A stretch of 64,000 nt of DNA from an uncultured cyanobacterium (lineage in GTDB: Bacteria > Cyanobacteriota > Cyanobacteriia > Cyanobacteriales > CAWCAG01): positions 320,001 through 384,000 of the forward strand of contig CAWDOD010000002.1 of assembly GCA_963803805.1 (NCBI GenBank), written 5' to 3'. The translations under genes and the position numbers were made by a program. A model generated the notes under the pieces. The model saw nothing but the letters and a program-made list of their open reading frames with translations, did no database searches and was not told where the DNA came from. Below are positions 51,708-62,493 of this stretch, one piece after another; positions within the stretch are counted from its first letter, which is position 1, and the number at the start of each line of letters is the position of its first letter.

Positions 51708-54700
51708 ATGCCCCGCCGCGAAGACCTACACAAAATTCTCCTTCTTGGTTCTGGTCCAATTGTTATTGGTCAGGCTTGTGAATTTGATTACTCTGGAACT
51801 CAGGCTTGTAAAGCCCTACGAGAAGAAGGCTATGAAGTGGTTTTGGTTAACTCCAATCCTGCTTCGATCATGACTGATCCTGAAACAGCCGAGAGGACTT
51901 ATATTGAACCCCTGACTCCGGAAATTGTTGAGAAGGTAATTGCTAAAGAAAAGCCCGATGCCCTTTTACCGACTATGGGAGGTCAAACAGCCCTGAATGT
52001 GGCTGTAGACTTGGCTAAAAGTGGTGTCTTAGAAAAGTATGGAGTTGAATTAATTGGGGCCAAACTTCCAGCCATCGAAATGGCCGAAGATCGCTTGCTA
52101 TTTAAAGAAGCAATGGCCAGAATTGGCGTTGGTGTTTGTCCTTCTGGTATTGCAAGTACCCTTGATGAAGCTAAAGAAATTGCTACCCAGATTGGTACTT
52201 ATCCTTTAATTATTCGCCCTGCTTTTACCATGGGGGGAACTGGCGGGGGTATATCTTATAACCAAGAAGAATATGAAGAGATGGCCCAAGGGGGTATTGA
52301 TGCTAGCCCTGTTTCGCAAATCTTGGTAGAAAAATCCCTTTTGGGTTGGAAGGAATATGAATTAGAGGTGATGCGAGACTTGGCAGATAATGTGGTGATT
52401 ATCTGTTCCATTGAAAACATTGATCCCATGGGCATTCATACCGGAGACTCTATCACCGTTGCCCCAGCCCAAACTTTAACGGACAAGGAATATCAACGGT
52501 TGCGGGATGCTTCTTTGAAGGTTATTCGGGAAATTGGTGTGGAAACTGGGGGCTCTAATATTCAGTTTGCTGTTAATCCGGTGGATGGGGATGTAATTGT
52601 TATTGAAATGAACCCCAGGGTATCTCGTTCCTCCGCCCTGGCTTCTAAGGCAACAGGTTTTCCCATTGCTAAATTCGCTGCTAAGTTAGCTGTGGGTTAC
52701 ACCTTAGATGAAATTCCCAATGATATTACCAAAAAGACCCCTGCTTCTTTTGAACCAACCATTGATTATGTTGTCACCAAGATTCCTCGCTTCGCCTTTG
52801 AAAAGTTCCCCGGTTCTAAAGCCACCCTCACCACCCAAATGAAATCTGTGGGAGAAGTGATGGCCATTGGACGTACTTTTCAAGAATCTTTCCAAAAAGC
52901 CTTAAGATCCTTAGAAACAGGACGTTATGGTTTTGGTTGTGACCAAAAAGAAAAGTTACCTTCCCTGCCTCAAGTTAGGGCTGGTTTGCGTACCCCTAAC
53001 CCCGAAAGAATTTTCACTGTCCGCAACGCCTTACAATTGGGTATAAGTGTAGAGCAGATTTATGAACTCACCGGTATTGATATTTGGTTCCTAGATAAGT
53101 TTGCTGAATTACTCCTCACCGAAAGATTCCTGAAACGCACTCCCTTAAATAAATTAACCAAAGAACAATTGAGGGAAGTTAAACAACAAGGATTTAGCGA
53201 TCGCCAAATTGCTTTTGCCACCAATACCAATGAAGATGAAGTACGCAATTATCGTAAGGGTTTAGGTATTATCCCCGTCTATAAGGTAGTGGATACTTGC
53301 GCTGCGGAGTTTGAAGCTTTTACCCCCTATTATTATTCTACCTACGAACCAGAAGAGTCTGAAGTGCTGCCTTCAGACAAGCGTAAGGTCATGATTTTAG
53401 GTGGTGGGCCGAATCGTATTGGGCAAGGAATTGAATTTGATTATTGTTGTTGTCATGCTGCTTTCTCTTTGAGTAAGGAAGGCTTCGAGACAATTATGGT
53501 TAACTCTAACCCAGAAACCGTTTCTACTGATTATGACACCAGTGATCGCCTTTATTTTGAACCCTTAACTAAAGAAGATGTCCTCAATATTATTGAAACA
53601 GAACATCCTGAAGGGATTATTATTCAATTTGGCGGTCAAACACCCCTAAAATTAGCCCTGCCCCTCCAGGAATATTTACAGCAACAGTCAACAAATACCA
53701 AGATTTGGGGAACTTCCCCCGACTCTATTGATGCAGCAGAAGATCGGGAGAAATTCGAGAAAATTCTACGGGAGTTAGATATTAAACAACCCCCAAATGG
53801 TATCGCCCGTAGCTATGAGGGGGCTTTGGTTATCGCTAACCGAGTTAGCTATCCTGTAGTGGTAAGACCTTCCTATGTCTTGGGAGGCAGGGCTATGGAA
53901 ATAGTTTACTCCGATACGGAACTGGAACGGTACATGACCTATGCAGTACAGGTAGAACCAGACCACCCTATTTTAATTGATAAGTTCTTAGAAAACGCCA
54001 TTGAAGTAGATGTGGATGCGATCGCCGATCATACAGGTATGGTAGTAATTGGCGGCATCATGGAACACATCGAACAAGCAGGCATCCATTCCGGAGACTC
54101 CGCTTGTTCTATACCCTATACATCCCTTGCTACCGAAGCTGTAGAAACTATCCGCACTTGGACTCATCAATTAGCCAAATCCCTTAAAGTTGTTGGCTTG
54201 ATGAACATCCAATTTGCAGTCCAAGGGGAAGACGTTTATATCCTCGAAGCGAACCCCAGGGCTTCCCGTACTGTCCCCTATGTTTCCAAAGCCACCGGTG
54301 TTCCCCTAGCTGCGATCGCCTCCCGTGTTATGTCTGGGCAAACCTTAACTGAACTTAATTTTACCCAAGAAGTAATACCCCGTCATGTCTCTGTGAAAGA
54401 AGCTGTCTTACCCTTTGAAAAGTTCCCTGGCACAGATACCATTTTAAGGGCCAGAAATGCGTTCTACCGGGGAAGTAATGGGCATTGACGAGGACTTTGG
54501 TAAAGCCTTTGCCAAAGCAGAATTAGCGGCGGGACAAAAGTTACCCCTTTCTGGGACAGTTTTTGTTTCTACCAACGATAGGGATAAGGAGGCGGTTATA
54601 CCTGTGGTGAAAGATTTTATGGATTTGGGTTTTAAAATCATTGCCACCGAAGGAACCCAAGCTAAGTTACAGGAAGAAGGATTAGAGGTAGATTTGATTT

Positions 54701-54942
54701 TAAAGTTACACCAAGGTCGTCCTCATGTTTTGGATGCAGTCAAAAATCGGCAAATACAACTGATTATTAACACTCCTTCCGGACAAGAGGCACAAGAAGA
54801 TGGGCGTTTGATTCGTCGTACCATTCTTGCTTATAAAATCCCCATGGTAACAACCATTGCCAGTGCGAAAGCGACGGCTGCGGCTATACGTTCTTTGCAA
54901 TCCAAACCTTTGGATGTTAAGGCGTTGCAGGATTACATATAA
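51708..54942 (+). CDS. carB: Carbamoyl-phosphate synthase large subunit; one extra base near 54446
   Basis: [10 protein letters not shown], two ATP-grasp halves; conserved [16 protein letters not shown] is split by one extra A; MGS domain in the 54457 ORF. Confidence 0.97.
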
Positions 54943-54952
54943 CCCTTCTGTC

Positions 54953-55206
54953 GGGTGCGTTAGCAAAGTAATGATACTTGTCAAAAACAATTAACCTTTT
55001 TTGCGTAACGCACCAATCTATAATCTCGGTACGTTGATAAACTCTTTTCGGGAAGATAAACCCCAAACTTTTTTTGCTAAATTGATTCCTCTATAATATG
55101 CTGCTTTACCTGCATCGACTACATCACCGATATCTTACTTCTTTTCTTTTCTACAGGTGCAATTTGCTAAAGTGCGATACCTACCGTGGACTTTGCTTAC
55201 GCACCC
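54953..55206. repeat. GGGTGCGT-family palindromic repeat arms
   Basis: GGGTGCGTTAGCAAAGT (~54954), GCGTAACGCACC (~55003) and an inverted ACTTTGCTTACGCACCC (~55190). Confidence 0.55.
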
Positions 55207-55218
55207 AAGGGTAACAAT

Positions 55219-55434
55219 CTATTTATCTATAGGTATTGAGTTTACTAACTTAATTACTTCTATAGCTACATCAGCCATTTCCCTAGCGCGGGGGTCTGGC
55301 ATTATTTTTAAGTCGATTAATTCTGTGAGTAAGTTGGCTGCTTGAATACCTGTTTTTAATAAAGATTCTTGATATTCTTCTTGTAAAGTTTTTTGTGGAG
55401 GTGGAGTGGGAATTTGATCTTCTTTTTTAACCAT
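55219..55434 (-). CDS. Small hypothetical protein (71 aa)
   Basis: ATG-started ORF with amphipathic-helix composition. Confidence 0.5.
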   Translation of the reverse strand: MVKKEDQIPTPPPQKTLQEEYQESLLKTGIQAANLLTELIDLKIMPDPRAREMADVAIEVIKLVNSIPIDK

Positions 55435-55781
55435 AATTGTTTTTGTTAACTTATAAGTCTAGTAAGGTGTTGAGTTAACTACATAATTACTAGTTTCATA
55501 TTTGCTAGTTATTAGTTGATTGTCAGTTTAAGTGATTCACTGTTTAAACATTGAAAGCAATCTATGCATTTCAAGGATTTTCACCTTCAAAATATGTAGT
55601 TTAAATGCCTAACAGCTTAGTAGCTAAAAAAAATCTTGTCTCAAGAAAGTAAACTGTTCATAAGCTATTAATGTTGTTCTGTACTGTTTAATATTTTCTT
55701 CATTAGATTCATCTATATATAATAGGATTGAAAAGACTTTAAGATTCAAATTTATTGCTAACCTCTAGAGAATTTCTCGCT

Positions 55782-56049
55782 GCAACTGGAATTACGGAGC
55801 CGTAGATGGCTCTTTCCAGGTCGTCCTCGAAAAAGGCTTCGAGTGTTAGCCGCAGATAAAGGTTACGACTCAAAAGACAAACGTCACCAATTGAGAAAAA
55901 GGGGCATTAGACCTCAATTTCCCAAGAGAGTTTACAAGTCTAAAAACCACAGAGGCAGACCGATTAAGAATGACACACCCAGATTTCAACAAGAACGATG
56001 TTTTGCTTGGTATCAAAGAAAATATCGTCGGTTAGTTGTGCGCTGGGAA
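55782..56049 (+). mobile_element. Decayed IS5-family transposase fragment (internally deleted, 3'-truncated)
   Basis: NWNYGAVDGSF joined directly to PGRPRKRLRVLAADKGYDS...ERCFAW..RKYRRLVVRWE, then an abrupt switch to unrelated sequence. Confidence 0.85.
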
Positions 56050-56141
56050 CCTTTCTCCTTAACCCAATTCCCAACGGCGCTACCTTTTTCTTGTAGCCAA
56101 TTTAGAGCCTGAGAACCTTTTTGCTGTAACCAACTTGCTGA
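56043..56141 (-). pseudogene. Orphan toxin-cassette homology arm (copy of the giant protein's Trp repeats)
   Basis: Translates SASWLQQKGSQALNWLQEKGSAVGNWVKEKGSQ; DNA closely matches 58249-58310 with mostly third-position changes; no start codon. Confidence 0.85.
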
Positions 56142-56784
56142 TTAAGCGATCTTAGTAAACGAAAATTCTAAAACCTCGTCTGGTATAAATTGATTGTAAG
56201 ATATATCGGCTGAGATCCACTCACCTAACCATTCTCGCTTCAAAGCTTTATTAAAATGTAGCATACCGTCAGCAACAGCATCAGGGTAGAGTATGTAGTT
56301 GTTTAGGTTAAGATTATCAATGAGTTTACGTAGGGGAAACTGCTTGGTATCAACTAATGCATCACGTATTTCATGAGCTAATTCTGGTTCGTCAAGTTCT
56401 AGATTTATTTCCTCAAAAACAGGTAACATAATACCTCCAGGACACTCTTTTTGATGCTCCAGCATTGAAGAGTGAATGTTGAAGGAAATGCCATCAGAGC
56501 GTAGGATAATTCTCTCATTTGTACGAGGGTGGGATAGTACTGTTAAATCGGGACTAGCATGAAGTTTAGAGAAACCCTTGATACTAATAGAATGCCAGAT
56601 GCGTCTTTCAGTCCAAAAAGCTCCCCATTGAGATTTTGATAGGCAGCTGCCATGACACCAACCAAAAGCATTTTGCTGATACGCTAGAATCATTTTCATT
56701 TAAAAGGTACGAGTCAAACTTCTCAAACTGTCCAGTAAGTTCGAGGACTGGGCGTTGACAAATAAAGCATTTTTCCAAACTCAT
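56142..56784 (-). CDS. Putative immunity protein (~213 aa) with CxxC...CHxxC motif; one frameshift near 56690
   Basis: ATG overlaps the toxin stop (ATGA, 56784-56781) and reads MSLEKCFICQRPVLELTGQFEKFDSYLLNENDS, then shifts into the 185-aa ORF (AYQQNAFGWCHGSCL...). Confidence 0.7.
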
Positions 56785-59700
56785 TCTAATACTTTCACTG
56801 TTGTTTTTCCACTAGTACCTACTAGCACATTAATTTTAGCGTAACCTACAATGCGACCTTTTGCATCTATAAATGCTGATTGGAAACTGGCTGGCATAGA
56901 GTCTAGATAACCACTTGGATTCTTGGGATTTAATACACCTGTCTTGTTAAAGTAAGTTATTTGCCCACTCCAATCAACCACTGCTTCTGTGTGCTTCCCT
57001 GCATTAGGAATATCAGTACCGAAGTGAGATGCTTGAGAATCTGAATACTGGGTGAGTATGAACAACAAATATTTCTCCTGGACGAATTTGTTTCTTCAAA
57101 ACACCATCTGTTGTACCTAAAACCAAGCGCAAGCCGCTGTGATAAGGAGATTGCAGTACTCCGATTTCTTTACCAAACCACCTAGAGATGGATGTTAAAT
57201 CATCTGGATGAATGGAATCTATACGAACAAATCCTTGCTTGTCAAGTTTGCGTACTAATCCTTGGGCAACACCAGATAGATCTTGACTAAATTCCATAGT
57301 TAGGTGTCTGCCGTCAAGACTAGTTACCTGAGACTGCATACTAGGTTTGCTTTTCGAGATACCACGGGCATACTCATCACTTGCTTCTATCGTTTCTTTT
57401 TTCAATTTTTTACCAAGCAATTTCTCGAAAAATTCTTCAGTTGATTTTTTTCCTTTATTTATAAACTCTCCTCCCTTTTTACCAACACCTTTAAGGATAT
57501 TACTCCCCCTATCTAGAGCCTTGCCCCCTTGTTTACCAACCCAATCCAAGCCTCTTTTACTCTGCTTACCTGTCCATTCCAAAGCCTCTTTGCCCCATTT
57601 GCCAACTTTGGTATTACCTAATGCTTTAAATGCGTCTCCTCCCCATTTACCCGCTTTAGTCTTACTAAGCCACTTGAGCGCACGTCCACCTACCCACGGG
57701 AGAGCTACACCTGCTCCTGAGAAAGCCGCATTGGTAAAGGCTTCTTTTGCTTTCTCCTCATCTCCTTGTGAAGTATAGTATGCTCCTTCCGCGCTATACC
57801 ATCCTGCATTAACACCATCAGCTATATCACCTACCTTACTTCCAATAGCCCATCCTTTTCCTGCACCAGCTAAGGCTCCTGGTATCGCCCCTACACCACC
57901 TGCTGCTGCTCCGGCTATTCCTCCAGCTACACCTCCGGCTATTGCACCGATAAAGGGTGCAGCAGTGCCAACAAAATCTAAAACTGTATGTCCCCACTTA
58001 CTAATAGTAGGGTGGTATTTTGCAAGCCATCCTTTAACACCTTCCCACTGATTCCCTAACCAATTTATACTTGGTTGCAGAATATTTTTATTAGCCCAAG
58101 CTAATCCTTGAGATGCTTTCTGTACTGCCCAATTCTTAACTTCCCCAGCTTTATTCTTACTCCATTCCCAACCAGCTTTAATACCATTACCCGCAAACTT
58201 CAGGGCATTCTTACCTACTTCCCCTAACTGCTTCACTCCCTGCCAAGCTTGAGAACCTTTTTCCTTAACCCAATTCCCAACAGCATTACCTTTTTCTTGC
58301 AGCCAATTTACCCCTTGAGATGCCTTATCCTGTATCCAACTTCCAACGGCACTACCTTTCTCTTGCAACCAACCTAGAGCCTGGGAACCTTTGTTTTGTA
58401 CCCAACTACCAACAGCACTACTCTTTTGTTGTAACCAACTTATACTTTGAGAACCTTTGTTTTGTACCCAACTGGTTGCACTACTAGCTTTACCACTTAA
58501 CCAACTTAAGGCACTAGAACTTTTCTGTTGCGCCCAACTTGCTGCACTACTAGCTTTGCTGGTTAACCAACTTTTGGCACTGCTACTTTTTTGTTGTACC
58601 CAACTCGCTGCACTAGATACCTTACTTTGCAACCCAGATACTAAACTACTGGCTTTGCTTCGTACTCCCGATACTACTGAACCAACTGCACCACCTAACC
58701 ATTTTAGGATGGGGCCTCCTTTAGATTGAATGCTGGAAGCAGCACTTGCTCCTTTGGCTTGCAACCCACTGGCAAAGGAACTGGCTTTCTGCCTGACAGC
58801 ACTAACTGCGGTTGCTCCTTTCTGAGCTAACCAACTTTGGGCTGTTGCTCCTTTTTGGGTCAACCAGCTAGCAGCAGTACTACTTTTCTGGGTTAACCAT
58901 GAGGTGGCTTGAGTTGCTTTGCTACTGATGAAGGTTCCGGCACTACTAGCTTTTTCAGTTACCCAAGAGGTAACGTTACTAGTTTTCTCTCCTAGCCAAC
59001 TATTGGCATTATTAACTTTCTCTCCTAACCAACTAGAAGCCCCGGCTACTTTTTCTCCTACCCAGGCCCCGTATTACTGGTTTTGGCACTTAACCAAGCT
59101 GTTGCTGCCCCGGTTTTCTGGGCTGCCCAACCACTTAAGTTGTTAACTTTGCTACCTATCCAAGCTTCTGCTTGCCCAATTTTTCCTTGAAAGTTGGCTA
59201 ATCCTTGGGAGGCTTTGTTGGTTAAGTTTGCCCATTTCTGGCTGAATTGACCCCCAATGTTACTGACAGATTGGTTGACGGAGGCTTGTACCTGTTGCCC
59301 TTGTTGTTGTAGTTGTCCGGTTAAACTCTGGGATGTTTGATTTAACCCTTGCCAATCTTGTTCTACTTTTTGACCAACTGGGGCAACTTTACTTTCTATG
59401 CCACCCCAAACTGATTCTACTTCTGTTTTTAAGCCCTGCCATTCTGCTTGTAATGCTTGAGTGTCTCCTTGCCCTTGGGGAGTGCTATTAACTTTAGCCA
59501 CAAAGTTTTGTGCTTTGGCCATGTAGGTTTGAGAAAACTGCTGGGCTTCTGTTTCCAAGCCTGTCATTTTAGCCGTGGCACTACTTTCTAAGGCTGCCCA
59601 ACTACTTTCGATTTGCCCTTTACCCGCAGCAGCTTGGCTTTCTAAAGCGGTAATTTGATTATTAACGTTACTTTGTATTTCTTGCTCTTTAGCTGTAACT

Positions 59701-61887
59701 TCTTGTTTTATTCCCGCTTCTTCCCCTTGTATTTCACCAGCTTTGGTTTGGGCTTCTGTTTGTAGTTCACTGCCTTTGGCTTGACTTTCTGCTTCTACTT
59801 CAGTACCTTTCCCTTCTACTTCTGCTTGTAGTTCAGTTCCTTTAGTCTGCTTGTCAGCATCAATTTCAGCACCTTTAGCCTGTTTACCCGCATCAAGTTC
59901 AGCGCCCTTAGCTTGTTTACCAGAATCTAACTCAGTACCCTTAGCTTGTTTACCCGCATCAAGTTCAGCACCCTTAGCTTGTTTACCAGAATCTAACTCA
60001 GTACCCTTAGCTTGTTTACCCGCATCAAGTTCAGCGCCCTTAGCTTGTTTACCAGAATCTAACTCAGCCCCTTTAGCTTGTTTGCCCGCATCAAGCTTCA
60101 GCGCCCTTAGCTTGTTTACCAGAATCTATCTGACTACCTTGTTGCTGCTTAAACCCATCTATCTGACCTTTTTTACCAGAAGCATCTCCTTGCAATTCAC
60201 CTTTTTTACCTTGAGCATCACCACGCAAAGAAGTTAGGATGCCTTTGGCTTTGGCTATTAAGTTAGCCTCATTCTCGCCATCATCACTCTTTTGAATAAC
60301 TTGACCAGATTCAACTTCTTGTTGAGAAAGGCTATTCTTTGTGAGAGCTTCTTCTGCTACCTTAACCTCAGCCTCAACTTCTGTTTCTTCCGGCTTTTCC
60401 TGAGCTTTAGGAACTTCTACACTTCCTGCAACGGCTTCAACATCTGTTGGTTTTTCTTCTAGAGAAGTAACTTCTGCAACAGAGTCGGTAACAGCAGAAG
60501 CTTCTGTTGTAGCCGTAGTGTCTGTTGGGGTTTTTTCAACTTGCTCAACTTGAGGTTGAGATAAAGATTCAGATGTTGGTAAATTTGTTCCTGGTTGAGG
60601 AAGAGATGTAAGTTTTTGTTGTGCTTGTTGTAAGACTTCTTCTAATGCAGCTTGAGGTTCTTTGGTTGGATTTGCACTTGGAGTAAAATCACTACCAGCA
60701 TTGTCACTTTGCTCCTGCTGCTGTTGCCACATATCTACTAAAGAAACACCCGAATCTCCTTGAGATAAGTTGGGGGTTTGAATGTCTACTGCAATACTGT
60801 TGCCTTCTGCTTCTTGTGGCGCTTCGGGGTTAAGGGCTTGAGTTGCTTCTTGGTTCGGTTGCTGTTGAGTTTCTTCTTCAGCTAGAGGAGGTGTTGCGGC
60901 TAAGTCTGCTTCCTGGTTTTCAGGTTGATCGAGTTTGTTTTGCTCCTTGTTTTCTTTTTGAGATTGAGTTTCTTTTTGGTCAATTACTTTGGCTTTAATT
61001 CCTAGTTTTAGGCTTGCATCAGCAATTTTATTTTCTGCTTTCGTTAGTTTGTTTTCTAGTTGAGGCAGTTTAGCTGTTAATTTGCCTAACTTGTTCTCTA
61101 TTTGATTATTTACTAATACTGGTAGTTTATTTTCTAGTTGAGATTGGGAAGGATTTGATTGAGGTTGAACTTCTCCTGGTTGTCCTACTGTTAGTTTGGT
61201 TTGTACTTCTGAGGCTTCTTCTTTTTCTTTGGCTTCACAAGCGTCACATTTAGTTTGAATCGATGCGCCCGAACCGTTTTGCTCTGGGGTGGAGGAAGTG
61301 CTACTTGTCTGTGGTAGTTCGATGTTTTCTGGGCTAACTTCTTCTCCTGTTAAGTTTTCTGACTGAAGTTGAGATGTTGTTTCAGAGCTATAAAGATTAC
61401 TACCTGCGGCTTGAAATCTTTGATACTTTTCCCATCTTTGCGCTAGTAAGGCTTGCTTTTGTTGCTGCTGCTCTAGTACTAGATTTTGAGAACGTTGTAA
61501 CCAAATTGAGGTTTCTGATGAGGTTATACCTTCATTAATTCCTACTGGGTTTTCCTGGTTGTTACTGTCATTAGGAATTTCAGGAGTAGAAGGAGTATTA
61601 CTTGTCTTTACTACTTTGGTTTCTAAAGCTTCAGTTTCTTGCTCGTTGTTATCTCTAAGTTCTTCTGTGGTTGATTTGCTTTGGATTGCTGGAGTTGGAG
61701 CCGATTTAGAAAAGTTAACTATATGCTCGCCAAGGCGTTCAGCATTTTTGCGACTTATTTCCATTTCTTTTAAGCTTTGTCCCTTTTTTTGTTGCGGCGG
61801 TGGGACGTTGTAATGCTGCTGTTTTGGAGTGGGTGAATGCTGGGGAGGTTGAAAACTGGGCTTTTTAATGGGTTGGTAGCTGACCAT
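56781..61887 (-). CDS. Giant (~1,700 aa) polymorphic-toxin-like protein with 11-aa repeats, Gly/Ala pre-toxin segment and JAB/MPN-like C-terminus; three single-base indels (~60096, ~59070, ~57040)
   Basis: Four ORF-track pieces join. The repeat registers identify the indels: an extra C in TCAAGCTTCAGC vs TCAAGTTCAGC, and a missing G in a G-run before TGGGTAGGA. C-terminal E...HTHP...S....D pattern. Confidence 0.75.
59860..60128 (-). repeat. 33-bp coding tandem repeat (alternating 66-bp unit), about 8 copies
   Basis: TTAGCTTGTTTACCCGCATCAAGTTCAGCGCCC / TTAGCTTGTTTACCAGAATCTAACTCAGTACCC, encoding GKQAKG(A/T)ELD(A/S). Confidence 0.92.
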
Positions 61888-62126
61888 TATTCATCCTGGG
61901 GAACTTTTGCCAAGTTAAGCCTTTTGTCCTGAGATTTTAACCCCAGAGCAATGTTCCCTACTTTACCACCAATTTTTGAAAACTTGGGAAGAAATGTACT
62001 TTATGGTAAGAGCCATTCTCTACTTTTCTTATGGTAAGAAACTAAGATTGCGGAAATTTATGAATTACACGGCCATCATCTGTTGCTTCAAAGTTAGCAT
62101 TAAGTTGTGAGGAGGATACATTTCCC

Positions 62127-62295
62127 AAGGGAGCATCTCAGTTTTGCAGAAATAGTTTGTCTGTGAAGTTAGCTATTAGCTATTAGCTGTTAGCTGTTAG
62201 CTGTTAGCTTTAAGAATACATTTCTTGCTGCTTCAGTGAAGCTAATATCAAGTTGACGGCTAAAGCCTGTATTTACCAATTTGAGATGCTCCCTT
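62127..62295. mobile_element. MITE-like element (169 bp)
   Basis: Perfect 14-bp terminal inverted repeats AAGGGAGCATCTCA / TGAGATGCTCCCTT enclosing a TTAGCT(A/G) heptamer array; non-coding. Confidence 0.6.
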
Positions 62296-62493
62296 TCCCA
62301 ATAGCGATCGCGGGCTTCTAAGGTAAAGTATCTTTCATCCACCATCACTATAGCTACTGGCGCGACACAGCTAAAGTAGTGCAATAGATTATTGCTTAGA
62401 AACATGAATAACAAGAGTTATGCTGTTTTTCTAAAGCAACATTATTAGGCAGTGTGATGCCGCTACAAGAGTCGCGATCACTAAATTGAGGTA

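Noticed and set aside
54440-54460. Programmed frameshift in carB
   Set aside because: No slippery heptamer and no precedent known to me; one extra A in a conserved motif fits a sequencing error.
59860-60128. 33-bp repeats as a CRISPR array
   Set aside because: The units are contiguous with no unique spacers, are a multiple of 3, encode an in-frame peptide repeat, and no cas genes are present.
54320-62300. Absence of HIP1 across the toxin locus as proof of horizontal transfer
   Set aside because: A similar ~8-kb HIP1 gap occurs in ordinary genes (about 2310-10540), so it is not diagnostic.
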